The translations under genes and the position numbers were made by a program. 64,000 nucleotides of DNA from Eledone cirrhosa (Eukaryota), in NCBI GenBank assembly GCA_964016885.1, contig OZ024744.1, positions 12,214,001 to 12,278,000 on the forward strand. Reading direction: 5' to 3'. Each line of letters opens with the position of its first letter. Position 1 is the first letter of the stretch. The notes beneath the pieces were generated by a model that did not search any database, was not told the origin of the DNA, and saw only the letters and a list, made by a program, of their open reading frames with translations. Shown piece by piece: positions 32,301 through 48,800 of the stretch.

Positions 32301-35300
32301 CATAAAACATTCTATTTGTCCATCTAATGACTGTCTATAACATAAAACATTCTATTTGTCCATCTAATGACGGTCTATAACATAAAACATTCTATTTCAC
32401 CATATAATGACTGTCTATAACATAAAACTTTCTATGTGACCATCTAATGACGGTCTATAACATGAAACATTCTATTTGACCATCTAATGACTGTCTATAA
32501 CATAAAACATTCTATTTGTCCGTCTAATGACTGTCTATAACATAAAACATTCTATTTGTCCATATAATGACGGTCTATAACACAAAACATTGTATTTGAC
32601 CATCTAATGACTCTCTGTAACATAAAGCATTCTATGTGACCATCTAATGACTGTCTTTAACATGAAAAATTCTATTTGTCCATCTAATGACGTTCTATAA
32701 CATGAAACATTCTATTTGTCCATCTAATGACGGTCTATAACATGAAACATTCTATTTGACCATCTAATAACGGTCTATAACATAAAACATTCTATTTTAC
32801 TATCTAATGACTGTCTATAACATAAAACATTCTATTTGACCATCTAATGACTCTCTATTACATAACACATTCTATTTCACCATCGAATGACTGTCTAGAA
32901 CGTAAAACATTCTATTTAGCCATCTAATGACGGTATATAACATAAAACATTCTATTTGACCATCTAATGCCTTTCTATAACATAAAACATTCTATTTGAC
33001 CATCTAATGACTGTCTATAAGATAAAACATTCTATGTGACCATCTAATGACTGTCTATAACATAAAACATTCTATTTTCCATCTAATGACAGTCTATAAC
33101 ATAACACATTATATTTCACCATCTAATGAGGGTCTATAACATGCAACATTCTATTTCACCATCTAATGACTGTCTATAACATAAAATATTCTATGTGACC
33201 ATCTAATGACTGTCTATAACATAAAACATTCTATTTGTCCATCTAATGACTGTCTAGAACATAAAACATTCTATTTGACCATCTAATGACTGTCTATAAC
33301 ATAACACATTCTATTTTACCATCTAATGACTATCTAGAACGTAAAACATTCTATTTAACCATCTAATGACGGTATATAACATAACACATTCTATTTAACC
33401 ATCTAATGACGGTCTATAACATAAAACATTCTATTTGACCATCTAATGACTGTCTATATCATGAAACATTCTATTTGTCCATCTAATGACAGTCTATAAC
33501 ATAAAACATTCTATGTGACCATCTAATGACTGTCTATAACATAAAACATTCTATTTGTCCATCTAATGACGATCTATAACATAACACATTATATTTGTCC
33601 ATTTAATGACGGTCTATAACATAAAACATTCTATGTGACCATCTAATGACTGTCTATAACATAAAACATTCTATGTGACCATCTAATGACCGCCTATAAC
33701 ATAAAACATTCTATTTGACCATCAAATGACTGTCTATAACATAAAACATTCTATTTGACCATCTAATGACTGTCTATAACATAGAACATTCTATGTGACC
33801 ATCTAATCACCGTCTATAACATAAAACATTCTATTTGTCCATCTAATGACTGTCTATAACATAAAACATTCTATTTGTCCATCTAATGACGGTCTATAAC
33901 ATAAAACATTCTATTTCACCATATAATGACTGTCTATAACATAAAACTTTCTATGTGACCATCTAATGACGGTCTATAACATGAAACATTCTATTTGACC
34001 ATCTAATGACTGTCTATAACATAAAACATTCTATTTGTCCGTCTAATGACTGTCTATAACATAAAACATTCTATTTGTCCATATAATGACGGTCTATAAC
34101 ACAAAACATTGTATTTGACCATCTAATGACTCTCTGTAACATAAAGCATTCTATGTGACCATCTAATGACTGTCTTTAACATGAAAAATTCTATTTGTCC
34201 ATCTAATGACGTTCTATAACATGAAACATTCTATTTGTCCATCTAATGACGGTCTATAACATGAAACATTCTATTTGACCATCTAATAACGGTCTATAAC
34301 ATAAAACATTCTATTTGTCCATCTAATGACTGTCTATAACATAAAACATTCTATTTGACCATGTAATGACTGTCTATAACATAAAACATTCTATTCGACC
34401 ATCTAATGACTGTCTATAACATAAAACATTCTATGTGACGATCTAATGACTGTCTATAACATAAAACATTCTATGTGACCATCTAATGACTGTCTATAAG
34501 ATAAAACATTCTATTTATCCATCTAATGACGGTCTATAATATTAAACATTCTATTTGTCCATCTAATGACGGTCTATAACATAAAACCTTCTATTTGACC
34601 ATCTAATGACTGTCTATAACATAAAACATTCTATTTGTCCATCTAATGACGGTCTATTACATAAAACATTCTCTTTGACCATCTAATGACTGTCTATAAC
34701 ATAAAACATTCTATTTGTCCATCTAATGACGATCTATAACATAAAACATACTATGTGACCATCTAATCACTGTCTATAACATAAAACATTCTATTTGTCC
34801 ATCTAATGACTGTCTATAACATAAAACATTCTATTTGTCCATCTAATGACGGTCTATAACATAAAACATTCTATTTGTCCATATAATGACTGTCTATAAC
34901 ATAAAACATTCTATGTGACCATCTAATGACTGTCTATATAATTAAATATTCTATTTGTCCATCTAATGACGGTCTATAACATAAAACATTCTATTTGTCC
35001 ATCTAATGTCTGTCTATAACATAAAACATTCTATTTGACAATCTAATGACTGTCTATAACACAGACAATTCTATTTGACCATCTAATGACTGTCTATAAC
35101 ATAACACATTCTATTTCACCATCTAATGACTGTCTAGAACGTAAAACATTCTATTTAACCATCTAATGACGGTATATAACATAAAACATTCTATTTGACC
35201 ATCTAATGACTGTCTATAACATAAAACATTCTATGTGACCATCTAATGACGGTCTATAACATAAAACATTATATTTGTCGATCTAATGACGGTCTATAAC

Positions 35301-38300
35301 ATTAAACATTCTATTTCACCATCTAATGACTGTCTATAACATAAAACATTCTACTTGACAATCTAATGACTGTCTATATCACAGAACATTCTATTTGACC
35401 ATCTAATGACTGTCTATAACATAAAACATTCTATTTTACTATGTAATGACTGTCTATAACATAAAACATTCTATTTGACCATCTAATGACGGTCTATTAC
35501 ATAAAACATTCTATTTGACCATCTAATGACTGTCTATAACATGAAACATTATATTTGTCCATCTAGTGACGATCTATAACATAAAACATACTATGTGACC
35601 ATCTAATCACTGTCTATAACATAAAACATTTTATTTGTCCATCTAATGACTGTCCATAACATAAAACATTCTATTTGTCCATCTAATGACGGTCTATAAC
35701 ATAAAACATTCTATTTGTCCATATAATGACTGTCTATAACATAAAACATTCTATGTGACCATCTAATGACTTTCTATAACATAAAACATTCTATTTGTCC
35801 ATCTAATGACGGTCTATAACATAAAACATTCTATTTGTCCATCTAATGTCTGTCTATAACATAAAACATTCTATTTGACAATCTAATGACTGTCTATAAC
35901 ACATAACATTCTATTTGACCATCTAATGACTGTCTATAACATAAAACATTCTATTTGACTATCTAATGACTGTCTATAACATAAAACATTCTATTTGACC
36001 ATCTAATGACTGTCTATAACATAACACATTCTATTTCACCATCTAATGACTGTCTAGAACGTAAAACATTCTATTTAACCATCTAATGACGTTATATAAC
36101 ATAAAACATTCTATTTGACCATCTAATGACTGTCTATAACATAAAACATTCTATGTGACCATCTAATGACTGTCTATAACATAAAACATTCTATTTGACC
36201 ATCTAATGACTGTCTATAACATAAAACATTCTATGTGACCATCTAATCACCGTCTATAACATTAAACATTCTATTTCACCATCTAATGACTGTCTATAAC
36301 ATAAAACATTCTATTTTACTATCTAATGACTGTCTATAACATAAAACATTCTATTTGACCATCTAATGACTCTCTATTACATAACACATTCTATTTCACC
36401 ATCGAATGACTGTCTAGAACGTAAAACATTCTATTTAGCCATCTAATGACGGTATATAACATAAAACATTCTATTTGACCATCTAATGACTTTCTATAAC
36501 ATAAAACATTCTATTTGACCATCTAATGACTGTCTATAAGATAAAACATTCTATGTGACCATCTAATGACTGTCTATAACATAAAACATTCTATTTGTCC
36601 ATCTAATGACAGTCTATAACATAACACATTATATTTCACCATCTAATGAGGGTCTATAACATGCAACATTCTATTTCACCATCTAATGACTGTCTATAAC
36701 ATAAAATATTCTATGTGACCATCTAATGACTGTCTATATCATGAAACATTCTATTTGTCCATCTAATGACTGTCTATAACATAAAACATTCTATTTGTCC
36801 ATCTAATGACGATCTATAACATAACACATTATATTTGTCCATTTAATGACGGTCTATAACATAAAACATTCTATGTGACCATCTAATGACTGTCTATAAC
36901 ATAAAACATTCTATGTGACCATCTAATGACCGCCTATAACATAAAACATTCTATTTAACCATCAAATGACTGTCTATAACATAAAACATTCTATTTGACC
37001 ATCTAATGACTGTCTATAACATAAAACATTCTATGTGACCATCTAATCACCGTCTATAACATAAAACATTCTATTTGTCCATCTAATGACTGTCTATAAC
37101 ATAAAACATTCTATTTGTCCATCTAATGACGGTCTATAACATAAAACATTCTATTTCACCATATAATGACTGTCTATAACATAAAACTTTCTATGTGACC
37201 ATCTAATGACGGTCTATAACATGAAACATTCTATTTGACCATCTAATGACTGTCTATAACATAAAACATTCTATTTGTCCGTCTAATGACTGTCTATAAC
37301 ATAAAACATTCTATTTGTCCATATAATGACGGTCTATAACACAAAACATTGTATTTGACCATCTAATGACTCTCTGTAACATAAAGCATTCTATGTGACC
37401 ATCTAATGACTGTCTTTAACATGAAAAATTCTATTTGTCCATCTAATGACGTTCTATAACATGAAACATTCTATTTGTCCATCTAATGACGGTCTATAAC
37501 ATGAAACATTCTATTTGACCATCTAATAACGGTCTATAACATAAAACATTCTATTTTACTATCTAATGACTGTCTATAACATAAAACATTCTATTTGACC
37601 ATCTAATGACTCTCTATTACATAACACATTCTATTTCACCATCGAATGACTGTCTAGAACGTAAAACATTCTATTTAGCCATCTAATGACGGTATATAAC
37701 ATAAAACATTCTATTTGACCATCTAATGCCTTTCTATAACATAAAACATTCTATTTGACCATCTAATGACTGTCTATAAGATAAAACATTCTATGTGACC
37801 ATCTAATGACTGTCTATAACATAAAACATTCTATTTGTCCATCTAATGACAGTCTATAACATAACACATTATATTTCACCATCTAATGAGGGTCTATAAC
37901 ATGCAACATTCTATTTGACCATCTAATGACTGTCTATAACATAAAATATTCTATGTGACCATCTAATGACTGTCTATAACATAAAACATTCTATTTGTCC
38001 ATCTAATGACTGTCTAGAACATAAAACATTCTATTTGACCATCTTATGACTGTCTATAACATAACACATTCTATTTTACCATCTAATGACTATCTAGAAC
38101 GTAAAACATTCTATTTAACCATCTAATGACGGTATATAACATAACACATTCTATTTAACCATCTAATGACGGTCTATAACATAAAACATTCTATTTGACC
38201 ATCTAATGACTGTCTATATCATGAAACATTCTATTTGTCCATCTAATGACAGTCTATAACATAAAACATTCTATGTGACCATCTAATGACTGTCTATAAC

Positions 38301-41300
38301 ATAAAACATTCTATTTGTCCATCTAATGACGATCTATAACATAACACATTATATTTGTCCATTTAATGACGGTCTATAACATAAAACATTCTATGTGACC
38401 ATCTAATGACTGTCTATAACATAAAACATTCTATGTGACCATCTAATGACCGCCTATAACATAAAACATTCTATTTGACCATCAAATGACTGTCTATAAC
38501 ATAAAACATTCTATTTGACCATCTAATGACTGTCTATAACATAGAACATTCTATGTGACCATCTAATCACCGTCTATAACATAAAACATTCTATTTGTCC
38601 ATCTAATGACTGTCTATAACATAAAACATTCTATTTGTCCATCTAATGACGGTCTATAACATAAAACATTCTATTTCACCATATAATGACTGTCTATAAC
38701 ATAAAACTTTCTATGTGACCATCTAATGACGGTCTATAACATGAAACATTCTATTTGACCATCTAATGACTGTCTATAACATAAAACATTCTATTTGTCC
38801 GTCTAATGACTGTCTATAACATAAAACATTCTATTTGTCCATATAATGACGGTCTATAACACAAAACATTGTATTTGACCATCTAATGACTCTCTGTAAC
38901 ATAAAGCATTCTATGTGACCATCTAATGACTGTCTTTAACATGAAAAATTCTATTTGTCCATCTAATGACGTTCTATAACATGAAACATTCTATTTGTCC
39001 ATCTAATGACGGTCTATAACATGAAACATTCTATTTGACCATCTAATAACGGTCTATAACATAAAACATTCTATTTGTCCATCTAATGACTGTCTATAAC
39101 ATAAAACATTCTATTTGACCATGTAATGACTGTCTATAACATAAAACATTCTATTCGACCATCTAATGACTGTCTATAACATAAAACATTCTATGTGACG
39201 ATCTAATGACTGTCTATAACATAAAACATTCTATGTGACCATCTAATGACTGTCTATAAGATAAAACATTCTATTTATCCATCTAATGACGGTCTATAAT
39301 ATTAAACATTCTATTTGTCCATCTAATGACGGTCTATAACATAAAACCTTCTATTTGACCATCTAATGACTGTCTATAACATAAAACATTCTATTTGTCC
39401 ATCTAATGACGGTCTATTACATAAAACATTCTCTTTGACCATCTAATGACTGTCTATAACATAAAACATTCTATTTGTCCATCTAATGACGATCTATAAC
39501 ATAAAACATACTATGTGACCATCTAATCACTGTCTATAACATAAAACATTCTATTTGTCCATCTAATGACTGTCTATAACATAAAACATTCTATTTGTCC
39601 ATCTAATGACGGTCTATAACATAAAACATTCTATTTGTCCATATAATGACTGTCTATAACATAAAACATTCTATGTGACCATCTAATGACTGTCTATATA
39701 ATTAAATATTCTATTTGTCCATCTAATGACGGTCTATAACATAAAACATTCTATTTGTCCATCTAATGTCTGTCTATAACATAAAACATTCTATTTGACA
39801 ATCTAATGACTGTCTATAACACAGACAATTCTATTTGACCATCTAATGACTGTCTATAACATAACACATTCTATTTCACCATCTAATGACTGTCTAGAAC
39901 GTAAAACATTCTATTTAACCATCTAATGACGGTATATAACATAAAACATTCTATTTGACCATCTAATGACTGTCTATAACATAAAACATTCTATGTGACC
40001 ATCTAATGACGGTCTATAACATAAAACATTATATTTGTCGATCTAATGACGGTCTATAACATTAAACATTCTATTTCACCATCTAATGACTGTCTATAAC
40101 ATAAAACATTCTACTTGACAATCTAATGACTGTCTATATCACAGAACATTCTATTTGACCATCTAATGACTGTCTATAACATAAAACATTCTATTTTACT
40201 ATGTAATGACTGTCTATAACATAAAACATTCTATTTGACCATCTAATGACGGTCTATTACATAAAGCATTCTATTTGACCATCTAATGACTGTCTATAAC
40301 ATGAAACATTATATTTGTCCATCTAGTGACGATCTATAACATAAAACATACTATGTGACCATCTAATCACTGTCTATAACATAAAACATTTTATTTGTCC
40401 ATCTAATGACTGTCCATAACATAAAACATTCTATTTGTCCATCTAATGACGGTCTATAACATAAAACATTCTATTTGTCCATATAATGACTGTCTATAAC
40501 ATAAAACATTCTATGTGACCATCTAATGACTGTCTATAACATAAAACATTCTATTTGTCCATCTAATGACGGTCTATAACATAAAACATTCTATTTGTCC
40601 ATCTAATGTCTGTCTATAACATAAAACATTCTATTTGACAATCTAATGACTGTCTATAACACATAACATTCTATTTGACCATCTAATGACTGTCTATAAC
40701 ATAAAACATTCTATTTGACTATCTAATGACTGTCTATAACATAAAACATTCTATTTGACCATCTAATGACTGTCTATAACATAACACATTCTATTTCACC
40801 ATCTAATGACTGTCTAGAACGTAAAACATTCTATTTAACCATCTAATGACGTTATATAACATAAAACATTCTATTTGACCATCTAATGACTGTCTATAAC
40901 ATAAAACATTCTATGTGACCATCTAATGACTGTCTATAACATAAAACATTCTATTTGTCCATCTAATGACGGTCTATAACATAAAACATTATATTTGTCG
41001 ATCTAATGACGGTCTATAACATTAAACATTCTATTTCACCATCTAATGACTGTCTATAACATAAAACATTCTATTTTACTATCTAATGACTGTCTATAAC
41101 ATAAAACATTCTATTTGACCATCTAATGACTCTCTATTACATAACACATTCTATTTCACCATCGAATGACTGTCTAGAACGTAAAACATTCTATTTAGCC
41201 ATCTAATGACGGTATATAACATAAAACATTCTATTTGACCATCTAATGACTTTCTATAACATAAAACATTCTATTTGACCATCTAATGACTGTCTATAAG

Positions 41301-41500
41301 ATAAAACATTCTATGTGACCATCTAATGACTGTCTATAACATAAAACATTCTATTTGTCCATCTAATGACAGTCTATAACATAACACATTATATTTCACC
41401 ATCTAATGAGGGTCTATAACATGCAACATTCTATTTCACCATCTAATGACTGTCTATAACATAAAATATTCTATGTGACCATCTAATGACTGTCTATATC
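31980..41500. repeat. Tandem duplication of ~4,760 bp (119 monomers), ~31980-36740 / ~36740-41500
   Basis: Private variants ATAGAAC...ATCACCG 33781/38541 and CTATTTATCC 34511/39271 are paired. Both copies share the internal jump-back junction at ~32790/37550. Confidence 0.88.
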
Positions 41501-44500
41501 ATGAAACATTCTATTTGTCCATCTAATGACTGTCTATAACATAAAACATTCTATTTGTCCATCTAATGACGATCTATAACATAACACATTATATTTGTCC
41601 ATTTAATGACGGTCTATAACATAAAACATTCTATGTGACCATCTAATGACTGTCTATAACATAAAACATTCTATGTGACCATCTAATGACCGCCTATAAC
41701 ATAAAACATTCTATTTAACCATCAAATGACTGTCTATAACATAAAGCATTCTATTTGACCATCTAATGACTGTCTATAACATAAAACATTCTATGTGACC
41801 ATCTAATCACCGTCTATAACATAAAACATTCTATTTGTCCATCTAATGACTGTCTATAACATAAAACATTCTATTTGTCCATCTAATGACGGTCTATAAC
41901 ATAAAACATTCTATTTCACCATATAATGACTGTCTATAACATAAAACTTTCTATGTGACCATCTAATGACGGTCTATAACATGAAACATTCTATTTGACC
42001 ATCTAATGACTGTCTATAACATAAAACATTCTATTTGTCCGTCTAATGACTGTCTATAACATAAAACATTCTATTTGTCCATATAATGACGGTCTATAAC
42101 ACAAAACATTGTATTTGACCATCTAATGACTCTCTGTAACATAAAGCATTCTATGTGACCATCTAATGACTGTCTTTAACATGTAAAATTCTATTTGTCC
42201 ATCTAATGACGTTCTATAACATGAAACATTCTATTTGTCCATCTAATGACGGTCTATAACATGAAACATTCTATTTGACCATCTAATAACGGTCTATAAC
42301 ATAAAACATTCTATTTGTCCATCTAATGACTGTCTATAACATAAAACATTCTATTTGACCATGTAATGACTGTCTATAACATAAAACATTCTATTCGACC
42401 ATCTAATGACTGTCTATAACATAAAACATTCTATGTGACGATCTAATGACTGTCTATAACATAAAACATTCTATGTGACCATCTAATGACTGTCTATAAG
42501 ATAAAACATTCTATTTGTCCATCTAATGACGGTCTATAATATTAAACATTCTATTTGTCCATCTAATGACGGTCTATAACATAAAACCTTCTATTTGACC
42601 ATCTAATGACTGTCTATAACATAAAACATTCTATTTGTCCATCTAATGACGGTCTATTACATAAAACATTCTCTTTGACCATCTAATGACTGTCTATAAC
42701 ATAAAACATTCTATTTGTCCATCTAATGACGATCTATAACATAAAACATACTATGTGACCATCTAATCACTGTCTATAACATAAAACATTCTATTTGTCC
42801 ATCTAATGACTGTCTATAACATAAAACATTCTATTTGTCCATCTAATGACGGTCTATAACATAAAACATTCTATTTGTCCATATAATGACTGTCTATAAC
42901 ATAAAACATTCTATGTGACCATCTAATGACTGTCTATATAATTAAATATTCTATTTGTCCATCTAATGACGGTCTATAACATAAAACATTCTATTTGTCC
43001 ATCTAATGTCTGTCTATAACATAAAACATTCTATTTGACAATCTAATGACTGTCTATAACACAGACAATTCTATTTGACCATCTAATGACTGTCTATAAC
43101 ATAACACATTCTATTTCACCATCTAATGACTGTCTAGAACGTAAAACATTCTATTTAACCATCTAATGACGGTATATAACATAAAACATTCTATTTGACC
43201 ATCTAATGACTGTCTATAACATAAAACATTCTATGTGACCATCTAATGACGGTCTATAACATAAAACATTATATTTGTCGATCTAATGACGGTCTATAAC
43301 ATTAAACATTCTATTTCACCATCTAATGACTGTCTATAACATAAAACATTCTACTTGACAATCTAATGACTGTCTATATCACAGAACATTCTATTTGACC
43401 ATCTAATGACTGTCTATAACATAAAACATTCTATTTGACCATCTAATGACGGTCTATTACATAAAACATTCTATTTGACCATCTAATGACTGTCTATAAC
43501 ATGAAACATTATATTTGTCCATCTAGTGACGATCTATAACATAAAACATACTATGTGACCATCTAATCACTGTCTATAACATAAAACATTTTATTTGTCC
43601 ATCTAATGACTGTCCATAACATAAAACATTCTATTTGTCCATCTAATGACGGTCTATAACATAAAACATTCTATTTGTCCATATAATGACTGTCTATAAC
43701 ATAAAACATTCTATGTGACCATCTAATGACTGTCTATAACATAAAACATTCTATTTGTCCATCTAATGACGGTCTATAACATAAAACATTCTATTTGTCC
43801 ATCTAATGTCTGTCTATAACATAAAACATTCTATTTGACAATCTAATGACTGTCTATAACACATAACATTCTATTTGACCATCTAATGACTGTCTATAAC
43901 ATAAAACATTCTATTTGACTATCTAATGACTGTCTATAACATAAAACATTCTATTTGACCATCTAATGACTGTCTATAACATAACACATTCTATTTCACC
44001 ATCTAATGACTGTCTAGAACGTAAAACATTCTATTTAACCATCTAATGACGTTATATAACATAAAACATTCTATTTGACCATCTAATGACTGTTTATAAC
44101 ATAAAACATTCTATGTGACCATCTAATGACTGTCTATAACATAAAACATTCTATTTGTCCATCTAATGACGGTCTATAACATAAAACATTATATTTGTCG
44201 ATCTAATGACGGTCTATAACATTAAACATTCTATTTCACCATCTAATGACTGTCTATAACATTAAACATTCTACTTGACAATCTAATGACTGTCTATAAC
44301 ACAGAACATTCTATTTGACCATCTAATGACTGTCTATAACATAAAACATTCTATTTTACTATCTAATGACTGTCTATAACATAAAACATTCTATTTGACC
44401 ATCTAATGACTCTCTATTACATAACACATTCTATTTCACCATCGAATGACTGTCTAGAACGTAAAACATTCTATTTAGCCATCTAATGACGGTATATAAC

Positions 44501-45819
44501 ATAAAACATTCTATTTGACCATCTAATGACTTTCTATAACATAAAACATTCTATTTGACCATCTAATGACTGTCTATAAGATAAAACATTCTATGTGACC
44601 ATCTAATGACTGTCTATAACATAAAACATTCTATTTGTCCATCTAATGACAGTCTATAACATAACACATTATATTTCACCATCTAATGAGGGTCTATAAC
44701 ATGCAACATTCTATTTCACCATCTAATGACTGTCTATAACATAATATATTCTATGTGACCATCTAATGACTGTCTATAACATAAAACATTCTATTTGTCC
44801 ATCTAATGACTGTCTAGAACATAAAACATTCTATTTGACCATCTAATGACTGTCTATAACATAACACATTCTATTTTACCATCTAATGACTATCTAGAAC
44901 GTAAAACATTCTATTTAACCATCTAATGACGGTATATAACATAACACATTCTATTTAACCATCTAATGACGGTCTATAACATAAAACATTCTATTTGACC
45001 ATCTAATGACTGTCTATATCATGAAACATTCTATTTGTCCATCTAATGACAGTCTATAACATAAAACATTCTATGTGACCATCTAATGACTGTCTATAAC
45101 ATAAAACATTCTATTTGTCCATCTAATGACGATCTATAACATAACACATTATATTTGTCCATTTAATGACGGTCTATAACATAAAACATTCTATGTGACC
45201 ATCTAATGACTGTCTATAACATAAAACATTCTATGTGACCATCTAATGACCGCCTATAACATAAAACATTCTATTTGACCATCAAATGACTGTCTATAAC
45301 ATAAAACATTCTATTTGACCATCTAATGACTGTCTATAACATAAAACATTCTATGTGACCATCTAATCACCGTCTATAACATAAAACATTCTATTTGTCC
45401 ATCTAATGACTGTCTATAACATAAAACATTCTATTTGTCCATCTAATGACGGTCTATAACATAAAACATTCTATTTCACCATATAATGACTGTCTATAAC
45501 ATAAAACTTTCTATGTGACCATCTAATGACGGTCTATAACATGAAACATTCTATTTGACCATCTAATGACTGTCTATAACATAAAACATTCTATTTGTCC
45601 GTCTAATGACTGTCTATAACATAAAACATTCTATTTGTCCATATAATGACGGTCTATAACACAAAACATTGTTTTTGACCATCTAATGACTCTCTGTAAC
45701 ATAAAGCATTCTATGTGACCATCTAATGACTGTCTATAACATGAAAAATTCTATTTGTCCATCTAATGACGTTCTATAACATGAAACATTCTATTTGTCC
45801 ATCTAATGACGGTCTATAA

Positions 45820-48800
45820 CATGAAACATTCTATTTGACCATGTAATAACGGTCTATAACATAAAACATTCTATTTGTCCATCTAATGACTGTCTATAAC
45901 ATAAAACATTCTATTTGACCATCTAATGACTGTCTATAACATAAAACATTCTATTCGACCATCTGATGACTGTCTATAACATAAAACATTCTATGTGACC
46001 ATCTAATGACTGTCTATAACATAAAACTTTCTATTTGTCCATCTAATGACTTTCTATAAGATAAAACATTCTATTTGTCCATCTAATGACGGTCTATAAC
46101 ATTAAACATTCTATTTCACCTTCTAATGACTGTCTATAACATAAAACATTCTATTTGACAATCTAATGACTGTCTATATCATAACACATTCTATTTAACC
46201 ATCTAATGACGGTCTATAACATAAAACATTTATTTGTCCATCTAATGACGGTCTATAACATAAAACATTCTATTTGTCCATCTAATGACGGTCTATAATA
46301 TTAAACATTCTATTTCACCATCTAATGACTGTCTATAACATAAAACATTCTATTTGACAATCTAATGACTGTCTATAACACAGAACATTCTATTTGACCA
46401 CCTAATGACTGTCTATAACATAAAACATTCTATTTTACTATCTAATGACTGTCTATAACATAAAACATTCTATTTGACCATCTAATGACTGTCTATAACA
46501 TAACACATTCTATTTCACCATCTAATGACTGTCTAGAACGTAAAACATTCTATTTCACCATCTAATGACGGTATATAACATAAAATATTCTATGTGACCA
46601 TCTAATGACTGTCTATAAGATAAAACATTCTATTTGTCCATCTAATGACTGTCTATAACATAAAACATTCTATTTGACTATCTAATGACTGTCTATAACA
46701 TAAAACATTCTATTTGACCATCTAATGACTGTCTATAGCATAAAACATTCTATTTGACCATCTAATGACTGTCTATAACATAAAACATTCTAGTTAACCA
46801 TCTAATGACGGTCTATAACATAAAACATCTATTTGTCCATCTAATGATGGTCTATAATATAAAACATTCTATTTGACAATCTAACGACTGTCTATAACAT
46901 AAAACATTCTATTTGTCCATCTAATGACTGTCTATAACATCAAACATTCTATTTGTCCATCTAATGAAGGTCTATAACATAAAACATTCTACTTCACCAT
47001 CTAATGACTGTCTATATCATAAAAAATTCTATGTGACTATGTAATGACTGTCTATAACATAAAACATTCTATTTGTCCATCTAATGACAGTCTATAATAT
47101 AAAATATTCTATTTGTCCATCTAATGACTGTCTATAACACCAAACATTCTATTTGTCCTTCTAATGATGGTCTATAACATAAAACATTCTATTTGTCCAT
47201 ATAATGACGGTCTATAACACAAAACATTGTATTTGACCATCTAATGACTCTCTGTAACATAAAGCATTCTATGTGACCATCTAATGACTGTCTATAACAT
47301 GAAAAATTCTATTTGTCCATCTAATGACGTTCTATAACATGAAACATTCTATTTGTCCATCTAATGACGGTCTATAACATGAAACATTCTATTTGACCAT
47401 CTAATAACGGTCTATAACATAAAACATTCTATTTGTCCATCTAATGACTGTCTATAACATAAAACATTCTATTTGACCATCTAATGACTGTCTATAACAT
47501 AAAACATTCTATTCGACCATCTAATGACTGTCTATAACATAAAACATTCTATGTGACGATCTAATGACTGTCTATAACATAAAACATTCTATGTGACCAT
47601 CTAATGACTGTCTATAAGATAAAACATTCTATTTGTCCATCTAATGACGGTCTATAATATTAAACATTCTATTTGTCCAACTAATGACGGTCTATAACAT
47701 AAAACCTTCTATTTGACCATCTAATGACTGTCTATAACATAAAACATTCTATTTGTCCATCTAATGACGGTCTATTACATAAAACATTCTCTTTGACCAT
47801 CTAATGACTGTCTATAACAAAAAACATTCTATTTGTCCATCTAATGACGATCTATAACATAAAACATACTATGTGACCATCTAATCACTGTCTATAACAT
47901 AAAACATTCTATTTGTCCATCTAATGACTGTCTATAACATAAAACATTCTATTTGTCCATCTAATGACGGTCTAAACATAAAACATTCTATTTGTCCATA
48001 TAATGACTGTCTATAACATAAAACATTCTATGTGACCATCTAATGACTGTCTATATAATTAAATATTCTATTTGTCCATCTAATGACGGTCTATAACATA
48101 AAACATTCTATTTGTCCATCTAATGTCTGTCTATAACATAAAACATTCTATTTGACAATCTAATGACTGTCTATAACACAGACAATTCTATTTGACCATC
48201 TAATGACTGTCTATAACATAACACATTCTATTTCACCATCTAATGACTGTCTAGAACGTAAAACATTCTATTTAACCATCTAATGACGGTATATAACATA
48301 AAACATTCTATTTGACCATCTAATGACTGTCTATAACATAAAACATTCTATGTGACCATCTAATGACGGTCTATAACATAAAACATTATATTTGTCGATC
48401 TAATGACGGTCTATAACATTAAACATTCTATTTCACCATCTAATGACTGTCTATAACATAAAACATTCTACTTGACAATCTAATGACTGTCTATATCACA
48501 GAACATTCTATTTGACCATCTAATGACTGTCTATAACATAAAACATTCTATTTTACTATGTAATGACTGTCTATAACATAAAACATTCTATTTGACCATC
48601 TAATGACGGTCTATTACATAAAACATTCTATTTGACCATCTAATGACTGTCTATAACATGAAACATTATATTTGTCCATCTAGTGACGATCTATAACATA
48701 AAACATACTATGTGACCATCTAATCACTGTCTATAACATAAAACATTTTATTTGTCCATCTAATGACTGTCCATAACATAAAACATTCTATTTGTCCCTC

